A stretch of 64,000 nucleotides of DNA from a virus. Below are positions 1-7,838 of this stretch, in pieces; the stretch's first letter is position 1, and the number at the start of each line of letters is the position of its first letter. The notes beneath the pieces were generated by a model. That model was not told the origin of the DNA. It saw only the letters and a list, made by a program, of their open reading frames with translations, and made no database searches. Location of the stretch: positions 2,270 through 66,269 of the IMG/VR virus record IMGVR_UViG_3300003323_000115. One strand, written 5' to 3'. The position numbers and the translations under genes were made by a program.

Positions 1-407
1 TGGCTATCGATTTCAAGAAGACCGCTTCCAACAACACCGGCAACAAGAACGCCCAGGACGAACGTCCGAAGTCCGAGTTCTGGGTCAACATCGGCTACAA
101 CGTCGATGTCCAGGTCACCGGCGAAGGTGGCGAGAGCAGCACCGAACAGCGCTTCGTGTCGCTGCCGGTCGGCCTGCCGCTGGACATCAGCCAGAAGGTT
201 GCCATCAAGGGCAACGATCCCGAGTTCGTGGCGCTGCAAACGGCACGCAACGAGCTGCTGGAGCAACTGATCGCTCACGCCGAAGCATCGCTGAAGCCGG
301 GCGAGACCACCGAGCTCAACCTCGTAGTCCAACTGCGCCGCATCAACGGTGCACCGCCCGTGATCAAGTCGGCGGACAACCCGTTCAGCAAGAAGCTCAC
401 CTTCTGA
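1..407 (+). CDS. N4 gp2-like ssDNA-binding transcription activator for RNAP II (5' partial; the A of ATG lies just outside the window)
   Basis: Frame is open from base 3: (M)AIDFKKT...KSEFWVNIGY...FVSLPVGLPLD...LLEQL...LVVQLRRI...KKLTF matches the N4 gp2 pattern. The ORF-track start at 156 is internal. Confidence 0.85.
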   Translation, partial: AIDFKKTASNNTGNKNAQDERPKSEFWVNIGYNVDVQVTGEGGESSTEQRFVSLPVGLPLDISQKVAIKGNDPEFVALQTARNELLEQLIAHAEASLKPGETTELNLVVQLRRINGAPPVIKSADNPFSKKLTF

Positions 408-420
408 TCTGTCTGAACCA

Positions 421-454
421 AGGAGGAATACCAGCAATGGTGTTCCTCCTTTTT
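421..454 (+). terminator. Rho-independent terminator
   Basis: AGGAGGAATACCA-GCAA-TGGTGTTCCTCCT followed by TTTT. Confidence 0.85.
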
Positions 455-532
455 AGTTCTAGTTGATGGATAGTCAAACTAAGGACTAAGTAGACCAAAA
501 CTCAACTTTCAGGCGATAGCCTACCAAACACT

Positions 533-1099
533 ATGCTTCATCATGACAAGCTCCGTTTCGCTGGCATTGGGCCGCGAGACACACCCAAGCATATCTTGGG
601 GCAAATGACCGAGATCGGTCGAATCTTCGCCCAGGCAGGCTGGATTGGCGTCTCAGGCTATGCCGAGGGAGCCGATCAAGCATGGATGGCTGCGATCCCC
701 GAGAACCAACAAGAGATCTGGTTGCCCTGGTGGACCTACAACGGTGCACGTGAGCACCAAGATCCTCATGGCCGGTTCAACCGTGTCCAGGTGACCCTGG
801 AGATCCGTCAGGTTGCCATGGAGCACTACTCTGGCAACTGGGACGATCTCAAGGACGGTGCACGCCTGCTGTTCGCAAGGAACGTGGCCATCATGGCTCG
901 TGACACGCTCGACACAGCCGTGAACCTGGTGGCCTATTGGCAAGATCCCAAGAAAATCGACAGCCAGTATGGCGGCACCAACCATGCCATTCGTGTCGCC
1001 AAGACTGCTGGCATTCCCACTTTCAACATCGGCAACGAGGATGAACTCGATGCGATGGGAGAACTCGTCACCAAGCTCACCGAGGAACACGCCAAGTGA
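533..1099 (+). CDS. SLOG-superfamily (DprA/Smf-like) protein
   Basis: Motifs FAGIGPRDTP, SGYAEGADQA, GGTNHAIRVA and PTFNI. Confidence 0.7.
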   Translation: MLHHDKLRFAGIGPRDTPKHILGQMTEIGRIFAQAGWIGVSGYAEGADQAWMAAIPENQQEIWLPWWTYNGAREHQDPHGRFNRVQVTLEIRQVAMEHYSGNWDDLKDGARLLFARNVAIMARDTLDTAVNLVAYWQDPKKIDSQYGGTNHAIRVAKTAGIPTFNIGNEDELDAMGELVTKLTEEHAK

Positions 1100-1278
1100 A
1101 CTGCTCAATCTGCCACAAGCCGATTGTGCTGGTCCCTTCGGCTGAAGAACGTGCACGTAAGTATGGGGGACAACCCTCGTACTACGTGCGTCTGTTCAAA
1201 ACCCACAACCACTGCTTCATCGAACAACGCAATCGTGACACACGACTGCTGATGCAAAGGACTTCAAATGACCAATGA
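1096..1278 (+). CDS. Small Cys/His (zinc-binding) hypothetical protein
   Basis: CxxC...HxxC (CSIC, HNHC); GTGA overlap with upstream stop. Confidence 0.7.
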   Translation: MNCSICHKPIVLVPSAEERARKYGGQPSYYVRLFKTHNHCFIEQRNRDTRLLMQRTSNDQ

Positions 1279-1606
1279 AGAAATCGCACAAGCCCGCAAG
1301 GACTTCGAACTGGGACTGCTGTTCCACTTCGCAGACATGTTCCCTGACGAGAAACCGATTGGTTCACTTGTCATGGACGACGATGGTCGCTACCAGAACA
1401 AGCAGGTGCAAGCCGCATGGCGTGGCTATCTGATGGGTCACAAGCACACCCGTGGCATGTTGGAGCGCTTCCATCCGGATCGCTTCGTCAGCAACGCGAT
1501 GACCACCGAACTGTGCGTGGCAATGGAGATGGCAGATTCGGACCAGGAATGGGCCGAGGACATCTTCAACAACGTGCTCAAGATCGCGGGAGCATTCCCG
1601 AAATGA
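1268..1606 (+). CDS. Hypothetical protein
   Basis: AAGGA SD upstream, native codon usage, ATGA coupling to next ORF. Confidence 0.75.
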   Translation: MTNEEIAQARKDFELGLLFHFADMFPDEKPIGSLVMDDDGRYQNKQVQAAWRGYLMGHKHTRGMLERFHPDRFVSNAMTTELCVAMEMADSDQEWAEDIFNNVLKIAGAFPK

Positions 1607-1800
1607 GCAACCCTCTCGATCGTCTAGCCGTCCTCATGTGGGACGAGTTCAATCAACACTGGAAAGCTCGTGCACGCGGCAGCAACAGCTACGTGCACGA
1701 CGAGGATCCTGAACAAGCGATCCTCAAAGCCACTGAACCAAAGGAAGAAGATGGAAGTACCACCCAATCTGAGACCGATCATCAGGAGAACCTGGGATAG
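1603..1800 (+). CDS. Hypothetical protein (65 aa, MSNPLDRL...)
   Basis: ATGA overlap with upstream stop; ORF-track start at 1417 is probably too early. Confidence 0.55.
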   Translation: MSNPLDRLAVLMWDEFNQHWKARARGSNSYVHDEDPEQAILKATEPKEEDGSTTQSETDHQENLG

Positions 1801-1945
1801 GTTCACGGGCGAATTCAAGTGGATAGCTGAAGGACGCCACGTTGGTGGATGGGTCAACCTGTCCACACCTGCCAAGGCTCTGATCTTGGCACAGATGCAT
1901 GCCAACAAACTCAACGACCAGGAGAAAGAACATGGTTCTGACTGA
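1751..1945 (+). CDS. Hypothetical protein (64 aa, MEVPPNL...)
   Basis: ATG preceded by CTGAACCAAAGGA junction motif containing an SD. Confidence 0.6.
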   Translation: MEVPPNLRPIIRRTWDRFTGEFKWIAEGRHVGGWVNLSTPAKALILAQMHANKLNDQEKEHGSD

Positions 1946-2273
1946 GAAAGAGATCCTTCAAACCCTCCAGGACTTCTACAAGGACTGGATGGACTGGGTG
2001 AAAGATGGTGCACCCAAGATCATTGGTGGACCTTTCCATCGTGCTGATGGCCTGTGCACTGCTATTGGCCAATGGGCCTACGTCAACAAGCTCTCCCATG
2101 AGCTATGCAAGAAGGCCAAGGAATACATGAAACTGGACTTCAAGCAGATGGGTCTCGACACCTGCTATCCCTTTGGCTATCAACAATGGGATATCGAATG
2201 GTCCGGAGAGACCATGCACAGAAATCCCAACCGCATCAACTTCGTGAAAACGATGCTGCAACGGAGAATCTGA
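1932..2273 (+). CDS. Early paralog family member 1 of 4 (unknown function)
   Basis: GGAG SD; FY-x5-W-x3-G-x-P...LC...PF...NPxR pattern shared with the next three ORFs. Confidence 0.8.
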   Translation: MVLTEKEILQTLQDFYKDWMDWVKDGAPKIIGGPFHRADGLCTAIGQWAYVNKLSHELCKKAKEYMKLDFKQMGLDTCYPFGYQQWDIEWSGETMHRNPNRINFVKTMLQRRI

Positions 2274-2590
2274 TGGAACGAGTGATCCAACAAAACAAGA
2301 TTCTCAGACAGTTCTACAAAGAGCTCTGGGAATGGGTCACTCAAGGTTGCCCACCACACAACAAATTTCACAGGACTAGTGCTATTTGCACGAACCTGCG
2401 TAACAACTTGGGATGGCAACCAACCATATACGTGGAAGAAATACACAACGAACTGTTGATGAGATTCTTCGGCAGCAATCTCCCATTCAACACCGACATC
2501 GGTGACTTCCAAGACGAGCGCTATTCCAACGAGCTCGGCTACTACAACAACCCTTTGCGCCTGGCATGGATCTGGCGCCAAACACGTTAG
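2273..2590 (+). CDS. Early paralog family member 2 of 4
   Basis: TGATG coupling, GGAG SD, shared motif pattern. Confidence 0.8.
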   Translation: MERVIQQNKILRQFYKELWEWVTQGCPPHNKFHRTSAICTNLRNNLGWQPTIYVEEIHNELLMRFFGSNLPFNTDIGDFQDERYSNELGYYNNPLRLAWIWRQTR

Positions 2591-2600
2591 GAGTGTGAGC

Positions 2601-2975
2601 ATGTGGAAATGGATCAAGAGCTTCTTCTCCAGGCAGAAGAAGATGAGCAACGAGCTTGCCGCGTTCTACAGCGACATCAACCTCTGGATCATGTATGGCT
2701 GTCAGCCTTCCATGGTCTTCAAGAAGAAACATGGCCTGTGCAAGGCCCTGATGATGTGGCTGGACTTCTACTATCCGCACAGGACCCTTGAGTTCCGCAC
2801 CAAGGTCTATGACGAGATGCAGGCACAGTTCCAGTTGGAAACGGGTAATCGTTATTACCCCTTCAACCAGGAAAAGAAGTGGACTCAATACTTCGAAGAA
2901 CACGGTAAAGAGACCATGTATGACAACCCCAAGCGTATAGCTTGGATCAAGACCCATCAAAGGAGCCTCAAGTGA
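2601..2975 (+). CDS. Early paralog family member 3 of 4
   Basis: AGGAG SD before ATG 2601 (alternative ATG 2643); shared motif pattern. Confidence 0.8.
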   Translation: MWKWIKSFFSRQKKMSNELAAFYSDINLWIMYGCQPSMVFKKKHGLCKALMMWLDFYYPHRTLEFRTKVYDEMQAQFQLETGNRYYPFNQEKKWTQYFEEHGKETMYDNPKRIAWIKTHQRSLK

Positions 2976-3337
2976 TCAAGCCTCCCAAGTTCAATCCAGT
3001 GCTCTATCTGTTCTACAACGAGCTCTGGCAATGGATCATCAATGGCTTCCCGAAGCACTATGCGTTCGACAAACAAGTCGCACTTTGTGCAACGCTGGAC
3101 AGTTGGTTGTACAGGCGTTTCAACGTGGTAGCTGATGAGAAACTCATCAGTGAAGCACACAGACTTCAAGCAAAGCTGTTCTATGACAACTACGGGACAC
3201 CGGACTTTCCTTTCAACGAGAAACCGGATGGTCTCTACGACGAGTGCAACAGCCACGAGATCTTCGAGAACGTGTATCGCCTCGCCTTCATTTACACCTA
3301 CCAACAACGCACAAGCTGGCAAGGGCCATTCTGGTGA
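2972..3337 (+). CDS. Early paralog family member 4 of 4
   Basis: AGGAG SD, GTGA overlap, shared motif pattern. Confidence 0.8.
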   Translation: MIKPPKFNPVLYLFYNELWQWIINGFPKHYAFDKQVALCATLDSWLYRRFNVVADEKLISEAHRLQAKLFYDNYGTPDFPFNEKPDGLYDECNSHEIFENVYRLAFIYTYQQRTSWQGPFW

Positions 3338-3429
3338 CCACACTCTGCAAAGCAACCATTTGGATCTGCATCATCGCTCTCATCATCTTGATATCAGCGG
3401 TGGTGCAAGTCCTATTCATAGGAGATTGA
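3334..3429 (+). CDS. 31-aa single-pass membrane peptide
   Basis: GTGA overlap; hydrophobic run IWICIIALIILISAVVQVLFI; fills the gap between neighbours. Confidence 0.5.
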   Translation: MTTLCKATIWICIIALIILISAVVQVLFIGD

Positions 3430-3430
3430 T

Positions 3431-3811
3431 GTGATTAGACGCATCTTCGTCTTTGGATCCAACGAAGCAGGGATCCACGGTGCTGGTGCAGCCAAGACTG
3501 CATACCAGGAGCATGGTGCACGCTGGGGTGAAGGCATTGGTGCCTGGGGCCATAGCTATGGCATCCCAACCAAGGACCACAACATCCAAACGCTGCCCAT
3601 GGACAAGATCGAGAGCTATGTTCTCGACTTCATCGGCTACGCCAAGATGTTCCGTGAGAAGGAGTTTCAAGTCACACGCATCGGCTGTGGCTTGGCTGGC
3701 TTCCGTGATGAGGACATCGCTCCGCTATTCATGGATGCACCAGAGAATTGCTACTTCGATCTGAGGTGGCGTGACTGGTACCCAACTCACCCTTTCTGGG
3801 GCACCTTCTGA
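3431..3811 (+). CDS. Conserved phage Macro-like (ADP-ribose-binding fold) protein
   Basis: IFVFGSNEAGIHGAGAA and FQVTRIGCGLAG glycine-rich loops typical of this phage family; GGAG SD. Confidence 0.65.
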   Translation: MIRRIFVFGSNEAGIHGAGAAKTAYQEHGARWGEGIGAWGHSYGIPTKDHNIQTLPMDKIESYVLDFIGYAKMFREKEFQVTRIGCGLAGFRDEDIAPLFMDAPENCYFDLRWRDWYPTHPFWGTF

Positions 3812-3987
3812 TGGCTTACAAAGCCATGACCTACTTGAAGCCTGTTCCTTCACGCTATCCCAATGGCGTGATTCATCGTGAGATGACACATGGCTTCTTC
3901 GTCTACCGCTACGAGTTCCGTGGCGGCCTTCTTCCGGACCTTGTGAGTGTCCATTACGTTCCTTACTCGGAGATCACTATCCAATGA
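3811..3987 (+). CDS. Hypothetical protein (58 aa, not in ORF track)
   Basis: TGATG coupling upstream and ATGA coupling downstream; MAYKAMTYLKP...EITIQ. Confidence 0.65.
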   Translation: MAYKAMTYLKPVPSRYPNGVIHREMTHGFFVYRYEFRGGLLPDLVSVHYVPYSEITIQ

Positions 3988-4217
3988 ACATCATCACCGC
4001 TGAGCTTCCCATCGAGATGCTCGACAACCCCACAACGGTGGAAGAAGAGAGCTACATCGAGGTTCGCACCTCACGTGCACCCTCGATGCAGTTCAACAGG
4101 GCCGACAAGGCCATCCAGTGGATCAAGGAGCGTCGTGAGTTCCTGGGCAGTTCCTGCCCCAACTACTCGATCTACCGGGTCACCAAGACCGTGACTCGCA
4201 CTCGTATCGACTTCTGA
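3984..4217 (+). CDS. Hypothetical protein
   Basis: GGAG SD, ATGA overlap, native codon usage. Confidence 0.7.
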   Translation: MNIITAELPIEMLDNPTTVEEESYIEVRTSRAPSMQFNRADKAIQWIKERREFLGSSCPNYSIYRVTKTVTRTRIDF

Positions 4218-4231
4218 ACCAAGGAGAAGAA

Positions 4232-4366
4232 GTGACTGCTGAAGAGTACCTGCAAACCCTGATCTTGGCTTCCAAGAACAGCTCCATCCCACCTCAACTG
4301 TCGGAGCTCGAATTCCTGATGCGGCTGATCAAGGCCGAGAATGGAACTGGTCCCGCCGTTTTCTAA
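4232..4366 (+). CDS. Hypothetical protein (44 aa, not in ORF track)
   Basis: AAGGAG SD followed by GTG; fills the gap exactly. Confidence 0.55.
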   Translation: MTAEEYLQTLILASKNSSIPPQLSELEFLMRLIKAENGTGPAVF

Positions 4367-4378
4367 GGAGACACCTAC

Positions 4379-4972
4379 ATGGCCCGTTTCGCTATCGACC
4401 GCAAGAACCGTGATCGCAAGGGTGGACATCGTTCCACCGGCCTGGAAAGGCGTGATGGCAGCAGCGATGCAGGGATCTACACCCCTGTTCAGCGTGCCTT
4501 CATCAAGCGCCAGGGCAAGCGCATGTTGCGCCGTCAGCACAACAGAGCAATTGAGGAAGGGCTCCTTGCCCTTTCTCAAGAACAAGAAGAGCGTGCTGAG
4601 GCCTTCGAAAGGCTCCAGGACGATCTCGATCTGCGTTCCAACATCGCCTACAGGAGATACCAAGAAGATGGCAACCAACAAGCGTACTACGACGACTACG
4701 ACCCGTTCTGGGAGGACGATGCTTACGCGCCGAATAGCCCATATAGCTGCGACGATCCGTTCTGCACTATGTGTGGTAGCGACTCGCTTTTTGGCGATTG
4801 GCGGGGACGGCAACGGCGTGCTATCCGTGAAAGGGATAGCCGCCAGGCAGATGAGTACGTCAACGAAGTACGGTCGGGGCGGATCAGTCCCGATCTCGAA
4901 ATCATCGAGAGCCGGGACATCGGGAAGTCGCTCGGGGAGATTCTCCGCGAGAGGCTTCAGCGCCCCTTCTAA
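4379..4972 (+). CDS. Hypothetical protein (basic N-terminus, acidic/Cys middle)
   Basis: TAAGGAG SD; CxxxxCxxC at aa 124-132. Confidence 0.65.
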   Translation: MARFAIDRKNRDRKGGHRSTGLERRDGSSDAGIYTPVQRAFIKRQGKRMLRRQHNRAIEEGLLALSQEQEERAEAFERLQDDLDLRSNIAYRRYQEDGNQQAYYDDYDPFWEDDAYAPNSPYSCDDPFCTMCGSDSLFGDWRGRQRRAIRERDSRQADEYVNEVRSGRISPDLEIIESRDIGKSLGEILRERLQRPF

Positions 4973-4999
4973 CCACCCATCTCTCAACAAGGAATGAAC

Positions 5000-5821
5000 A
5001 TGACTCAGCAGGATCCTCTCTATGCCAAACAGGTAGAACTCGAACGACTGTTCGACAAGAACCAGACGGTTGACCGTCTGCGTTATGAGTTCGCAAGCTG
5101 CGAAGACTTCGACTTCCCAGCTGCCATTGAGGCAGAGGGGATCCCTGTCAAGTTCGGCATCGACCTGTTGGCACAGATGGCCCTCCACAAGAGGGCCGAT
5201 CTGACCACACTGATTGGTGTCATGCGGTACCACCTCGGCAGCGCACAAGAGACGGCAAACATGCTGCTCAAGTGTGCTGAAGCCGATCTGGTGGACTATC
5301 GCAGCGACATCAAGATGTTCATAGTCAAGCTGGACATCACACGTGATGTTCAGGATGAACTGGACAAGTACCAGTTCCCCCTGCCAATGGTGGTACCACC
5401 CAAGCAGGTGGGGTCCAACAGAGATGTTGGGTACCTGCTTGGCAAAGGCTCCATCATTCTTCGCAAGAACCACCATGAGGATGATGTGTGTCTCGACCAC
5501 ATCAATCGCATGAATCAAGTGAAGTTCTCCCTCAATAAGCACACCGCTACCATGGTCAAGAACCAATGGAAAGGACTGGACAAGAAGAAGGAAGGTGAGA
5601 CCGATCAGGACTTCGAGAAACGCAAGGCTGCATTCGGTAAGTACGACCGTGTGGGTCGCCAAGTCATCGATCAACTGATCGAGACGGGCAATGAATTTCA
5701 CTTCACCCACAAGTACGACAAGCGTGGCAGGACTTACTGCCAAGGCTATCACGCCAACTATCAAGGCACTCCCTGGAACAAGGCAGTGCTGGAGTTCACC
5801 AACATGGAGATCACGAAATGA
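5000..5821 (+). CDS. RNA polymerase II subunit 1 (N4 gp15-like, T7-type RNAP N-terminal part)
   Basis: HKYDKRGRTYCQGYH..YQG motif; AAGGA SD favours ATG 5000 over 4994. Confidence 0.92.
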   Translation: MTQQDPLYAKQVELERLFDKNQTVDRLRYEFASCEDFDFPAAIEAEGIPVKFGIDLLAQMALHKRADLTTLIGVMRYHLGSAQETANMLLKCAEADLVDYRSDIKMFIVKLDITRDVQDELDKYQFPLPMVVPPKQVGSNRDVGYLLGKGSIILRKNHHEDDVCLDHINRMNQVKFSLNKHTATMVKNQWKGLDKKKEGETDQDFEKRKAAFGKYDRVGRQVIDQLIETGNEFHFTHKYDKRGRTYCQGYHANYQGTPWNKAVLEFTNMEITK

Positions 5822-6051
5822 AAATCACAGTCACCAAACCCAAGCCGACTTCTTTCAGTCAACTGAAGGTCGGCGATCTCTTCGAACATCAGAACCTGAT
5901 CTTCGTGAAGAGCGACGAAGGCGAAGCAGTGGTGATAGTGCACAACGAGGGTGCTCGACCCAATGCAGTGCCTGTCGGCAAGACAAGCAGCTTCTACCCA
6001 TCAACCCATGTGAATCCCATCGAGGAAGCACACTTCGTCATCAGGCCCTGA
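5818..6051 (+). CDS. Hypothetical protein, paralog of 6053..6292
   Basis: ATGA overlap; aligns end to end with the next ORF. Confidence 0.75.
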   Translation: MKITVTKPKPTSFSQLKVGDLFEHQNLIFVKSDEGEAVVIVHNEGARPNAVPVGKTSSFYPSTHVNPIEEAHFVIRP

Positions 6052-6052
6052 C

Positions 6053-6292
6053 ATGCAAGTCACTGTTAAGAAACTTGATCCTGATGTCACACGATTTCAG
6101 GATCTGAAGATCAATACCCTGTTCTTCACAGATAGGGTTATCTACTTCAAGAATGGTGACAACTGTGCGTTGCCCATCATGCAGACCCACGACAGGGACA
6201 GAGGTGAGGTCATCATTGGTGTGAATATGCCGTTCACCCAAATGACGGTCGTCAAGCCCGTCGAATCCATTCAACTCACGATCAAGGACTAA
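6053..6292 (+). CDS. Hypothetical protein, paralog of 5818..6051
   Basis: Adjacent, similar length, shared F-x2-LK-x3-LF-x5-I(F/Y)-x-K pattern. Confidence 0.75.
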   Translation: MQVTVKKLDPDVTRFQDLKINTLFFTDRVIYFKNGDNCALPIMQTHDRDRGEVIIGVNMPFTQMTVVKPVESIQLTIKD

Positions 6293-6294
6293 CT

Positions 6295-6492
6295 ATGCCT
6301 ACTTGGCTCCTGACCGCACTGATCATCATCCTGGTCCTCTGGACCATTCTCGACTTCTGGGGCTGGTATGGGTTAGCTGTCTACAAGCAGCGATACCCAT
6401 TCATACCGATCAAGATCAACAGATCAGCAGCACCGGTGACACTGTTCATCATCTGCTGCTGGATCTTCTTGATCTGCTACTGGCTCCGCTAA
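6295..6492 (+). CDS. Small two-TM membrane protein
   Basis: Two hydrophobic segments; AAGGA SD. Confidence 0.7.
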   Translation: MPTWLLTALIIILVLWTILDFWGWYGLAVYKQRYPFIPIKINRSAAPVTLFIICCWIFLICYWLR

Positions 6493-6495
6493 AAG

Positions 6496-6516
6496 AAGGC
6501 CCTCAGGGGCCTTTTT
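6496..6516 (+). terminator. Rho-independent terminator
   Basis: AAGGCCC-TCAG-GGGCCTT followed by TTT. Confidence 0.75.
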
Positions 6517-6551
6517 CAATTCCCTCCCATCAATGAACCAAAGGAACAACC

Positions 6552-7784
6552 ATGCAAACTTTCACCGGCCTTCAGTACCTCAAGATCGATATCGCATCCA
6601 ACTTCGGACTGGACAAGGCCAACTGGGACGAACGTCTGCAATGGTTCGACAAGCATGAAAGCCAACTCGAAGAACTGGTCAATGCTGCGGATACTCCTGC
6701 ACTCTTCTTCGCAGGTGTCCAGGCCTACCGGAAAGCTCAGCGAGGTGAACCGAGCGGCTACCCTATTTCTCTCGATGCAACGTCGAGTGGATTGCAGATC
6801 CTCGCTTGTCTCACTGGTGATGCTTCAGCAGCACAGCTTTGCAACGTGGTGGACTACGTACAAGACGGTGCTGTACAACGTCGAGATGCATACACCGTTG
6901 TCTATCGATCCATGGTCGATGCCATCGGTGAAGAAGGACGTATCGAACGGGACCATGTGAAGAAGGCAGTGATGACTGCTCTCTATGGTTCCAAGGCACA
7001 GCCCAAGCGCGTCTTCGGTGAAGGCGAACTGCTCAACGTGTTTTACGACACGATGGTGGAGCTTGCACCGGCAGCATGGGAACTCAACGAGACCATGCCT
7101 TGCTTCTGGAATCCACACGCGACAGAACATGCGTGGGTGTTGCCTGATAACTTCCATGTGCATGTCAAGGTCATGGACACCGAAGAAGAGATCGTGCACT
7201 TTTTGAACGAGCCTTACAGCGTGTTCTCGCAAGTGAACAGGCCAACAGACACCGGGAGGTCTCTGGGTGCCAACACCATCCATTCACTGGATGGCATGAT
7301 CGTTCGTGAGATGACCCGTCGTTGCAACTACGACGTGAAGAAGGTGGGCCTGCTCAAGGACTTGTGCTACAGCATCATGTACAACAATGCCGACATCATC
7401 GGCGCTGTGGTGGAGAACGAGGATGCTGAGATGGTCCGCACACTGTGGGGACATTACGAGCGGACGGGTTACCTGTCTGCTCGCATCATCGATCACCTGC
7501 ACATGCACAACCTCAAACTGGTGGGTATCAAGGCACTGGCTGAACTTCTGTGGAGCTTGCCCGAGAAGCCTTTCGAGATCATCTCGATCCACGACTGCTT
7601 CCGGTGCCTGCCCAACTACGGCAATGACCTGCGCAAGCAGTATGCATTGCAGCTTCAACTGATCGCCAAGTCCACGATCCTGGAAGACATGCTGAGCCAA
7701 ATCACTGGTCAGCACATCCCCGTCAAGAAGCTGGATGAATCGATGTGGAAAATGGTAGGTGACGCCGAGTACGCACTTAGCTGA
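6552..7784 (+). CDS. RNA polymerase II subunit 2 (N4 gp16-like, catalytic part)
   Basis: Motif A DATSSGLQI, motif B RxxxKxxVMTxxYG, motif C SIHDCF. Confidence 0.95.
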   Translation: MQTFTGLQYLKIDIASNFGLDKANWDERLQWFDKHESQLEELVNAADTPALFFAGVQAYRKAQRGEPSGYPISLDATSSGLQILACLTGDASAAQLCNVVDYVQDGAVQRRDAYTVVYRSMVDAIGEEGRIERDHVKKAVMTALYGSKAQPKRVFGEGELLNVFYDTMVELAPAAWELNETMPCFWNPHATEHAWVLPDNFHVHVKVMDTEEEIVHFLNEPYSVFSQVNRPTDTGRSLGANTIHSLDGMIVREMTRRCNYDVKKVGLLKDLCYSIMYNNADIIGAVVENEDAEMVRTLWGHYERTGYLSARIIDHLHMHNLKLVGIKALAELLWSLPEKPFEIISIHDCFRCLPNYGNDLRKQYALQLQLIAKSTILEDMLSQITGQHIPVKKLDESMWKMVGDAEYALS

Positions 7785-7789
7785 TAATA

Positions 7790-7822
7790 GGGAGCCCCGT
7801 CAAGGGGTTCCCTTAATTTTTT
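7790..7822 (+). terminator. Rho-independent terminator
   Basis: GGGAGCCCC-GTCAA-GGGGTTCCC followed by TTAATTTTTT. Confidence 0.8.
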
Positions 7823-7838
7823 CCTCTGAGGAAAGATC

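Noticed and set aside
4341-4997. 218-aa same-strand ORF overlapping 4379-4972
   Set aside because: Ser/Thr/Arg-rich off-frame composition and no SD; the 4379 frame has a clear TAAGGAG SD.
4172-5764. 530-aa antisense ORF over RNAP1 (also 10275-11327, 16372-17691, 19667-20698, 28079-29077, 29213-30319)
   Set aside because: Shadow ORFs of codon-biased real genes: no SD, no motifs, typical antisense composition.
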